Positions 23,201 through 32,000 of a DNA stretch of 32,000 nt are shown here, piece after piece (position 1 is the first letter of the stretch; each line of letters starts with the position of its first letter). The notes beneath the pieces are model-generated. The model ran no database searches, had not been told where the DNA came from, and saw only the letters and a list, made by a program, of their open reading frames with translations. A program made the position numbers and the translations under genes. This stretch comes from Wallemia ichthyophaga EXF-994 (Eukaryota; Fungi; Basidiomycota), in NCBI RefSeq assembly GCF_000400465.1, contig NW_008806283.1, positions 360,001-392,000 of the forward strand, given 5' to 3'.

Positions 23201-23465
23201 CGGCAGCGTGGAGATGCTGAGAGTGCTCGAAATGAAAACGAGCAGCGGAGATATAGTCATTTAGAGAATCAAGGGGTGTGCTGTACAGCTTCACGTTGTC
23301 CTTATGAAATGACTTGAGCTGGTGTCGGTTGAAGAGATAGAGGATTCTGCTGTCGTCGTGGAGATTGAGGTCGACTTCAAAGCCGTCGCCATCAAGAATC
23401 AAACTGTTATCGTCTGGATCGTCTAATCTGGTCGGTTCACCGTTGAGGCTGTTGATCAGCGGCAT
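20290..23465 (-). CDS. ATG11: Autophagy-related protein 11 (selective autophagy scaffold), about 1024 aa
   Basis: Exons 23465-21944, 21888-21106, 21059-20290; introns 55 and 46 nt. N-terminal LYLFNR motif, Atg17-like helical region (..MPTAYVSLIAELARR), coiled coil, and the Atg11 C-terminal claw LAFRNFGRGDLALFLPTRN..KPWAAFN|ISFPHYFL..WTVARI..NPFGL..VKYFLLDV. The start ATG at 23465 is inferred; the ORF track starts at a TTG. Confidence 0.92.
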
Positions 23466-23517
23466 GTCATAATTAGATGGCAAAAGAGATGATCGTCGTA
23501 GTGGATCAAGAAGGAAA

Positions 23518-23854
23518 TTAAATGAGGATAAGGACTATGAATAAAATTACAAGTATTACAATCAACACGGCTATACAGATACTCTGCTTATCGTCTGTGT
23601 GGTGGTGGCGTGAGAGATGGTTACGCGTGTATAATACACTCACTCGTCACGCTCAGCTTATCAAAGTATTTCTTCCCGCTGCTCATTTTGTTGTTGATAG
23701 TGTCAATGAAGCTGCTTAAGCCATCTAGCAGTCCATTCTGTTCGCTGGATTCTTGATTAATGAGGAGGGATTGTGAGTGGATATTGTTCAGGCTGCTTTC
23801 CAAGTCGTTCCAGCGAGTATCATCTTCGTATCTCTGCGTTGCAGATGAACTCAT
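23518..23854 (-). CDS. Small tail-anchored Qc-type SNARE (Tlg1/syntaxin-6/8-like motif), 95 aa
   Basis: Exons 23854-23644 and 23594-23518; intron 49 nt (GTGAGT..CACAG). SNARE heptads DDTRWNDLESSLNNIHSQSLLINQESSEQNGLLDGLSSFIDTINNKM, then a spliced-on C-terminal TM segment SICIAVLIVILVILFIVLILI. Confidence 0.8.
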
Positions 23855-23914
23855 GATGATGGTATCGCGTCAAGGGTAATTTGGCAGGCTATAATGGCCA
23901 GCACACAAAAGCAT

Positions 23915-24277
23915 TCAAATCAATCTAAATTTCTGCGCTCGTACATTCTGCTTTAATCCGCCACCGATGTTGCCTTGATACGGGTGGTGAGATGACGATC
24001 AATGGCACATTACAGGCTACTCACCCTCTTCGATCTCTTCCTGGCCAGTATCTCTTTCTTTCAGTTTAGAGAGCATTTCATCATCTATCTGCTTGACTGA
24101 TTTCTTCTGCTGTTGTTGTGGCTGTGGTTGTGGCTGTGGTTGTGGCTGTGGTTGTGGCTGTGGCTCTTCTGGCTCTTCTGCCTGCTTAGTCTGATCTTTG
24201 CTAGTGGTGTATAATCTAGTACTTCTGGTACGTCTTAAGCTTGTAAATGCAACTCTTCTAAACCCAGCAATCCTCAT
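23915..24277 (-). CDS. Small fungal protein of unknown function, probable mitochondrial presequence, 103 aa
   Basis: Exons 24277-24025 and 23973-23915; intron 51 nt. Arg/Ser/Thr-rich, acid-free N-terminus (MRIAGFRRVAFTSLRRTRSTRLY). C-terminus DDEMLSKL..EEG.IGGGLKQNVRAQKFRLI resembles a recalled conserved fungal motif (..MKRSVRxNMFRxI). Confidence 0.7.
24117..24164 (-). repeat. Hexamer repeat (TGTGGY)8 encoding a (PQ)n linker
   Basis: tgtggc/tgtggt x8 on the + strand; protein EPQPQPQPQPQPQPQPQQQQ. Confidence 0.9.
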
Positions 24278-24335
24278 CGTCGTCGTCGCTGTTCAGCAGA
24301 ATTCCTTGATCCAAAACGACCACCAACTTGAAATT
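24278..24335. promoter_or_regulatory. 58-bp head-to-head intergenic region
   Basis: ATG 24277 (-) and ATG 24336 (+). Confidence 0.55.
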
Positions 24336-24891
24336 ATGTCATCGTCTTACGGATACGGCGACCAGACGCTGAACCAGCAATCAGCCTATGTGCCAACCAC
24401 AGCGTCATTCAAATCAAAATCCACCGCCCAGAAGATGAACAAGGGCGATAAGCGTACGACGGTGTTGAGGAAAGGAGCCGGGAAACAGTGGGAGGATACG
24501 TCTCTTCTCGATTGGGATCCATGTGAGTAACGCGTTTCATCCACACATTCCCATTTGACACTGTCCAGCCCACTACAGATTGTTCGTCGGTAACATTTCA
24601 AATGACGTTACGGAACAAGTCCTTGACGAGACATTCTCCGTCTTCAAGAGTTATTCAAAGTGCAGAGTCGTGCGCGACAAGATATCAAACAAGGCCAAAT
24701 ACGCTTTCATTGCTTTCGCAGATCCAGAAGATTTTCTGAAGGCGTGGAAGGAGTATGATGGGAAATACGTCGGCAACCGCCCGATAACGCTTTCAAAATC
24801 ACAGACCAACATCAAAGCCAATGATATTGGATATAGGAAATCGAATGACCTGCGTAGTGGGAAGAAGAACCACCGTGCAGCACCGTATTAA
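24336..24891 (+). CDS. RBM42: RBM42-like RRM RNA-binding protein, 169 aa
   Basis: Exons 24336-24522 and 24569-24891; intron 46 nt. Family motif TVLRKGAGKQWEDTSLLDWDPSHYRLFVGNI, RNP1 KAKYAFIAF, and YVGNRPITL. Confidence 0.88.
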
Positions 24892-25146
24892 CTTGCTCAA
24901 AGCAGAGAGCGCAGAGGGAGGAGCGGAAAAGACACTCTAATAAAGAAGCAGTTGCGAACGAAGCCCAAATTTATAATGCGCACGTATCTTCACCCTAACG
25001 CTTTAATCACATGATAAACATGATAAATTGTACAAATAGCATCATAAAAACTTAAAAGGGTCTTATCGATAGGTTCCATTGATATAGTCCATTCTGCATA
25101 CCTACACGTCTACATATTCACACTGTAGACATATATATACTCCTAA

Positions 25147-26159
25147 CTACTCCATCTCTCCCACTATCTCCTTAGCTGGTGGATCTTCGTCGAAACCATC
25201 AGCATCAGAAATACTCACAGTGAGCCAACGCGAGTCAAATTGTCTGGCCATATCGCTGCCTGGAGGAGCGGCGAACTGAGCTTTAATAGCCACTTTAGGC
25301 CAAACCTTGACGATCTGCGTGCGAGGAGCATGTACAATGCTATTACTTGGAGTGGGTTCCTCGAGAGACTCCTCGGGATCGCCTAGTGTTTTAATGAAAT
25401 TCTGCAGCATGGCTGTCTCAGTTAGTTCCACGCTACCTCTAGGGAGAGCGCCTCCGGGCGTGCCTGGCGTGCCCGGAGTGGACGGTCTATCGCTATCGAG
25501 AGTGGACATGCCGGCGAGACCTGACGTCAGACCACCAGCGAATCCACTGCTGCCTAGACTCGACACAGGCGTAAGAGAGGGCGGAGCGGGCCACTTGCTG
25601 TCCATACTGACATACGAGCGTCCTGAAGCATTCGAGCTGACGCTGTTGCTGCGCGACACAGCCGGCGTCGTCGCCTGGCTTGCAGAGCGGGGAGGGGGAA
25701 TAACGAGTGGGAGAAAAGGGAAAGCGGGATCCTGTTGAAGTTTGTGAGAGTTGTAAAGGGTTACTTCGGCTAGTTGGAGTTTGGACATGTCTAGGTCATC
25801 GACTTCTGCACCTTCTGCGGGTACATAGCCATCTACAGGTCGGAAACCAAGCGAGAGACCCAAATCGACATACCTAAACCAGACATTGTGCTCATGGGCT
25901 TCCACTTTAGGGAACGCCGTATCAATCGCAGTGGCCAGTCTTCCAAGGGCAGCGAGAAGCTTAGGGGAGGTGGGAGTGTGGCCAAGCAGCTGGCGGGGAT
26001 CGAAAGGGCGTGAGGAAGGAGTCTGTGGAACACTAGAAAGCGTGATATCAGCATCACGCCGGCGCATCGAACTGGAACACACCTCCCAAGAGACAAATGG
26101 GGCTTGAAAGCTTTGACAGTTGATTTCGTGTGAGGAAGCTTTGGGCGGGGCTTAAGCAT
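25147..26159 (-). CDS. Hypothetical protein (fungal, uncharacterised), 320 aa
   Basis: Exons 26159-26083 and 26032-25147; intron 50 nt (GTGTGT..GCTGAT..CTAG). The segment VWFRYVDLGLSLGFRPVDGYVP..LQLAEVTLYN resembles recalled basidiomycete hypothetical proteins; central S/P/G-rich linker. Confidence 0.7.
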
Positions 26160-26559
26160 TGTTGATTGTACGGATTAAAGAAGATTGGAGTGCTGGTGAG
26201 TGCCTGCCGGTGACGCAACACGGGATGGGGAAATGGAAGGGAATAAAAGGGTGTATAATGTACAAATGAATTAAAATGTACAAATAAGCCCAGCAATTGC
26301 CTTGAACGATTTCTGGTTGTAACCTCCCACAGATACAACGGCGTGTGGAATTAGCAGCTTCAATAGCCAATAACCGACAAGAAATGAATAATTGCGCTGT
26401 ATTTTGAACTAAAATTATTTTATCATTCCCCTAATGATCATCTACTGAATCCTGTGTTCACCACCCAAACACTTGATCCTGCACGGCCAACAACACCGCC
26501 AACAAGAAAATCGGTACACAGCGCAGCACACACACAGAGAATACACAGAACACATCACA

Positions 26560-28418
26560 ATGTTCAATAGGCGCGCACTTGCAATCACTGTCATCCTCCT
26601 CGGCATTTTCCTCTTCTGTACCTTCACCGTCCTCACAGCGCTAGCCTCGTATTACGCAGTGCCTTCAGACGCGTTACTCCACCCTTATCCCATAGATATG
26701 CCCCCTTTCCCCGCCGATCCCCATGTCCAGCCGGAGGACACGACCAACGCAACGTGGTCCAATTTCGATGGATTTGCTTATCACGTGGAGCCTAGGAGCG
26801 ATAAGAACGAGACTATCCCCAGGATTCTCCATTGGACGTGGAAAGACGAGCTCCTTCCAGAGAGATGGAGAGTCGTGCGCAACGCGTGCATGGACATGCA
26901 CTCTGACTACCAGCACATCCTGTGGACGGATGCCATGTCCCTCGACTTCCTAAAGAGGTATTATCCTTGGTTCGTTTCTACGTGTGGGTTTCCACTGTCT
27001 ATTCGAATTTCTATACTCACTCCCACTCAGTCGAAAGCTACCCTTACAACATACAGCGCGCAGACAGCATCAGATATTTCATTCTCTACCACTACGGCGG
27101 GACTTACATCGACCTCGATATTGGCTGTCGTCGCCGTGTCGATCCCCTTCTCCAGTATCCCGTCGTACTCGCAAAGACTATCCCCGTAGGCGTGTCGAAC
27201 GATCTCATGTTCTCGGAGCGCAAGAGCAGCTTCATGGAGAGTGTCATACACAATTTGCAAACATTCAACCACAAATACTTTTCGCACTACCCCACCGTCA
27301 TGTTCTCCACTGGACCCATGTTCATATCCACCATTTACGGCTTCTGGATGGGCAACCACCCCGACGTGCACAAGGATAGGGATGCAGTACGAGTTATACC
27401 GAAATCGCTCTATGGGAAGAATGCAAAAGTAGGCACAGTGCCTGATAGTTTCTTCGATCACTACTACGGATCATCGTGGCATGCCGACGATGCAGGTTTC
27501 ATCACCTTTCTCGGTAGATGGGGTAGGGGATTGTTATTGATCGGTGGATTCGTTCTATTCATTGGTGTAGTCAGATTGGTTTTCTACAGGAGACGGAGAA
27601 CGAGTGGAATGCGCTGCAACAGTCGTCAAATGCCACCACCAGCGTACCTGTTCCCCGATTCTCACTTTTTCGATTGGAGAGGGCAGCAGATACCACTGCT
27701 TCCGTTCACGAACCAGACATCAAGTCGACCAGCTAGTCCATCACGTAGTAGCAGCATGGCCGGTAACCTCGCCAATTCGATCCCTGCTATACTGTACTAC
27801 CCATTCAACCCATCGACATGGGCATCGCCGACGCTGCCGCAGACTCCCCTCAGTCAGAGTACGCCAGGGGTACAGAGTGGAACATTGACACACCTCCTTT
27901 CTTACGTCCTCCCCAAGAGCTGGATGGGATCCGATGATTACGATGAGGTGGAGCAAGATGAGAGCGAGGAGGAGGAGCAGGACCTAGATGCTCCACCCAC
28001 CCCGTTTAGTCATCATAGGAGTACGACGTGGGCGCGTATGGAGTTCCAGAGAGCGCGCGAGATGGAGTTGCAGAGGATAAAGGAGGGACATGGGAGTATT
28101 GGTGGTGGTAACGGTAGTGGCAGTGCGAATGCTCATGTGCAGCAACATGGTAGTAGTCCACGACAGAGTCAAAGTCAAAAACACTGTCATCCTCATCCTC
28201 ATCCTATAGACAAGAACAGCAGTAGCAGCGACACTCACATAAATAGCCTCGCACAAAATTTACGTAGCGGTCAGTTGGCTCGCAACGCAACACCTCCTGC
28301 ACAAGCCTCTCACGCTCATCATTCGCACGACTCGCACCAGGAAGAAATCGAAGCTTTGTTGGCATCGCTGGAACCACAGCTATCGCAGCACACACATCAA
28401 ACGCAGCAGAATGACTAG
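26560..28418 (+). CDS. SUR1: Mannosyl-inositol-phosphorylceramide (MIPC) synthase, glycosyltransferase family 32, 603 aa
   Basis: Exons 26560-26983 and 27031-28418; intron 47 nt. N-terminal TM, IPRILHWTWK, WFVSTF|ESYPYNIQRADSIRYFILYHYGGTYIDLD (DxD), PVGVSND, TVMFSTGPMF, YYGSSWHADDA, second TM, then a long disordered tail. Confidence 0.93.
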
Positions 28419-28493
28419 AAACATGTATTTACAATATAATATGACCAATTTTCAAAATGCATCTGTATTAATGTTTTACCTTCAGTTTTGTGT

Positions 28494-29294
28494 TTAATGT
28501 TTATCGTGACAAGTATACCTATCGTGATCCTTGAGAATGAAGCTGAAACTTTCATTGCGGGTGTGTGTTTGCGCATTTCCACTCCCACTCCCACGCATAG
28601 AGATAGGATCTCTGGGTATATTGCTATTAAATTGTGGTGTGCGAGTAGATTTCGCAGCAAGTGCTTGAGTTCTCTTCCTCTCGAATGCCGCTCTGTACTT
28701 ATCGTAGCCATCTCTAAAGCTCTTATCTACACGATGAGAGAAGACGAGTTCACCGCGCGGATTTGTAGTGGGAGGGAGATTACTCATTGCTTTCTGGCGC
28801 TGCTGGACGGTATTAGCAGCTGCCTTAGCGGGTCGTCTGAATAGTGAGAAAGGGGTGGTGGGGCTTTGGAGACGCATGTTGAGAGCCATATTGAAAGAGC
28901 GTAGAGCGCGATTACAGTGGGGAACGTATCTATTAGCGTATGTGATGCGCTCAGAATACACACCGCTGACGAAGAAGAGGATTAGAGTGGTGAGCGTGAT
29001 AGTGAGCATGGTCATGTACGCGTAGCCTCTGTATGTTTGACGCTGGATTGGTGGTTAGCGGTAGATCCACATACACTCACCACCACCCACATTCTGCTTG
29101 TCGATCACATTCCAGGATAATAGACCACTGGTTGAAATTAAGAAAAGCAGGAACAGCTCATATCGACGCCGACGTTTGCGTAACGCAGTCGCATTCTGCT
29201 TTAATCTCTCTTCAAATCGTAGTAGCTCTCTGTATGTTATTTGGTCCGGCGGTGGACACCAATGACGCTTAGAAGACCGCGTTCGTTCGGTCAT
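28494..29294 (-). CDS. SPO7: Spo7, regulatory subunit of the Nem1-Spo7 phosphatase (Pah1/lipin activation), 250 aa
   Basis: Exons 29294-29091 and 29042-28494; intron 48 nt with GCTAAC. Motifs: ELLRFEERLKQNA..LRKRRRRYELFL, two TM segments, LFFVSGVYSERITYANRYVPHCNRALRSFNM, PRGELVFS.RVDKSFRDGY..YRAAFERKR. Confidence 0.9.
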
Positions 29295-29363
29295 CAGCGC
29301 TGAATGCAATATGAATATTAAATATTAAGTTATAAGCCTGAATTACTTGAAATATTCAAATCT

Positions 29364-29386
29364 CTCTAGAAATTTCTAGATAATTT
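29364..29386. promoter_or_regulatory. Heat-shock element array (alternating nGAAn/nTTCn) containing a 16-bp perfect palindrome
   Basis: CTC-ta-GAA-at-TTC-ta-GAT-aa-TTT; palindrome TCTAGAAATTTCTAGA at 29365-29380, about 100-120 bp upstream of the HSP104 ATG. Confidence 0.75.
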
Positions 29387-29425
29387 CGTCACTTTCTGGT
29401 GATTGTTGGGTGGACGTCTGTGAAT

Positions 29426-29433
29426 TATATAAA
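29426..29433 (+). promoter_or_regulatory. TATA box of HSP104
   Basis: TATATAAA between the HSE and ATG 29484. Confidence 0.65.
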
Positions 29434-29483
29434 TTCGGTGAAATTCGACCTTTCTCGTCAACTTCCATCATCTACAAACACAA

Positions 29484-32000
29484 ATGAGCAGCTCAAATTT
29501 CACAGATCGCTCTAGGGAATCGATTACCCTCGCAATACAATTAGCCAGAGAGAACAACAACGCTCTCATTTACCCTGCACACATAGCTAGCATACTCCTT
29601 AATGACCCCACTCGGCCTGAGGGCGCAGCCCCTTCTCTATTCGCTACTGCCCTCGAAAGAGCTGGCGTAGATAAGCAATCAGCCAACAGAGAACTCCAGA
29701 AGCTTATCGTAAAGATCCCTGTCCAAGATCCTCCTCCAGACGATATAACCCTGTCTACAGCTGCAGGCAAGATTATCAGACGAGCTGAGGAAGTTATGAA
29801 AAATCAACATGATTCCTTTGTCGCACAGGATCATCTCATAATCGCTCTCCTTGAAGACAGCGCTATCCTTCAAGCACTCAAGAACGTTGGACTCAGCAGC
29901 ACTAAAACTGTTGAAAATGCTCTCAATCAACAGAGAGGCGGAAGAAGAGTTGACAGACCAAATGCCGAAGATGGTTTCGACGCTCTCAACAAATACGCAA
30001 CTGACCTCACCGCTGAGGCTGAATCTGGTAGACTTGATCCGGTTATTGGTAGAGATAATGAGATCAGAAGAGGTTAGTTGGTAATCTTTGACTCTTTCAT
30101 CCAAACTAACATTTGTATAGTTATTAGAGTCCTTTGTAGACGCACTAAATCCAACCCAGTACTTATCGGTGAGCCTGGTGTCGGTAAAACTGCTGTTGTC
30201 GAAGGATTAGCACAACGTATTGTCAATAGGGATGTACCTGCAAGTCTCCTTGGCAAGCTATTTTCATTAGACGCAGGTGCTCTAATGGCAGGTGCAAAGT
30301 ACAAGGGCGAGTATGAAGAGCGCGTCAAGAGTGTTCTCGATGAAATTGAAAAGTTAGGCGATCAAGGCAACCCAGTTATACTCTTCTGTGACGAAATTCA
30401 TCTTCTCATGGCTGGATCTGGCGATAGCTCAGGTGGTATGGATGCTGCAAACCTCTTCAAGCCAATGCTGGCACGTGGTAAAATCAGACTCATAGGTGCA
30501 ACCACTCTCAATGAATTCAGACAACACATAGAAAAGGATGCAGCATTCGAGAGACGTTTGCAGCAAGTAATGGTTAACGAGCCATCAGTTAACGAATCTA
30601 TCACCATTCTTAGAGGTATTTCACATAAATTGGAGGTGCACCACGGTGTGCGTATTCTAGATTCCGCTTTGGTGGCCGCATCGACTCTTGCGAGACGCTA
30701 CCTTACCGGACGTAAGTTGCCTGACGCAGCTATCGACTTGATAGATGAAGCATGTGCCGGTGTGCGCGTCGCTCGTGAAACGGTACCCGAACAGGTCGAT
30801 CAGCTCGAAAGATCCAAACTGCAATTGGAGGTCGCCATTCACGCACTATCTAGAGAGAGTGACAAGGAAAGCAAGGCGAATCTTGAAGAAGCTAGAAAAT
30901 CAGTTGCTGCAATCGACGAAGAATTGAAACCTATGAAAGCTGCCCACGAAGCATCTAAATTCCGCGACGAAGAAATTAACGAAGCGAGACGTAAAGTTGA
31001 AGATCTCACATCCAAAGCAGATGCAGCAGAACGTCGCTACGACTTGGCGACGTCCTCGGATATCAGATTCTACGCCATCCCTGATCTCCAAAAGAAGATT
31101 GAGCAGATGGAACAGAAAAAGAATGAAGATGAAGCAGCTGAGGGTCAGGAAACTTCTATAGTCACACCAGATCAGATTGGTGAGGTTGTCGCTAGATGGA
31201 CAGGTGTTCCAGCTACGCGTATCCAGACTACCGAAAAGGAGAAACTTCTCAGACTGGAGAAACTTCTGAGCAAGAATGTGGTAGGACAACCGGAAGCAGT
31301 GAAAAGTGTCGCGAATGCCATACGTCTTTCAAGGTCGGGTTTGTCTAATGCCCAACGTCCAATCGCCAGCTTCCTCTTCTGTGGTCCATCGGGTACTGGT
31401 AAAACATTGCTGTCTAAGCAACTCGCTCAGCTACTCTTTGACAGCGAGCAGGCAATGATGAGGATTGACAGTTCAGAGTTTAGCGAGAAGCACTCCATCT
31501 CACGCCTTATCGGTGCACCACCAGGATACGTTGGTCACGGTGAAGGTGGTCAACTCACCGAATACGTCAGGCGTAAGCCTTACTCTGTCATATTGATTGA
31601 TGAGATCGAGAAGGCTTGCAGAGAGTTCATAGTTCTCCTCCTCCAAATACTCGACGAGGGTAGATGCACAGATGGTCAGGGCCGTACTGTCAACTTTAAC
31701 AACTGCGTCTTGATCATGACGTCTAACCTCGGTGCATCCCACTTGGCAGAATTGGCCGGAGATGATGGCGGAGCCCCAACGGAAGCTAAAGGGCTTGTCA
31801 TGGGTGCAGTTCAAGGCCATTTCCCTCCAGAGTTTATCAATCGTATTGTGAGTGCGACGTGAGAGTAGCTGAGACAAACTAACATGCTTACTAGGACGAA
31901 ATAATTATTTTCAGAAACTTAGCACTCGGCGATGTGAGAAGAATAGTCGACATACGCCTCGACGAGATACAAAAACGGATGAAAGCAAACGGGAAGAACA
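29484..32000 (+). CDS. HSP104: Hsp104/ClpB disaggregase (3' end runs off the window)
   Basis: Exons 29484-30072, 30121-31847, 31895->32000; introns 48 and 47 nt, both with CTAAC. Motifs: [13 protein letters not shown]|[24 protein letters not shown] (Walker A1), ILFCDEIH, M-domain, [13 protein letters not shown] (Walker A2), [29 protein letters not shown]|DEII. No mitochondrial presequence, so cytosolic Hsp104 rather than Hsp78. Confidence 0.97.

Noticed and set aside
27640-27980. FFAT-like motifs (HFFDW, DDYDEVE) in the Sur1 tail
   Set aside because: Neither combines the core EFFDAxE pattern with an upstream acidic tract.

Overview
This is a eukaryotic (fungal) gene-dense window, not a prokaryotic one. 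I reconstruct 18 protein-coding genes (the first and last run off the window edges) with about 31 short GT-AG introns of 45-67 nt, several carrying CTAAC/CTGAC branch points. Gene order: eIF4G (-), COG1-like (+), Rck2/Srk1-type kinase (+), RING-PH-vWA Ste5/Far1-like protein (+), glyoxylate reductase (-), cytochrome b5-like heme/steroid-binding protein (-), aromatic amino acid decarboxylase (-), PP1 catalytic subunit (-), glutamate decarboxylase (+), Atg11 (-), a minimal Qc-SNARE (-), a small putative mitochondrial protein (-), RBM42-like RRM protein (+), a hypothetical protein (-), MIPC synthase Sur1/Csh1 (+), Spo7 (-), Hsp104 (+). Basidiomycete-type homologues, tiny introns and extreme compaction suggest a Wallemia-like genome (inference only). 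I saw no tRNA, rRNA, transposon or CRISPR. The most unusual feature is the architecture: two runs of same-strand genes separated by only 29/74 bp (AADC>b5>reductase) and 60/52 bp (mitochondrial peptide>SNARE>ATG11), plus head-to-head gaps of 58 and 92 bp. These force overlapping or polycistronic transcription. All assignments come from hand translation and recalled motifs; no database search was run.
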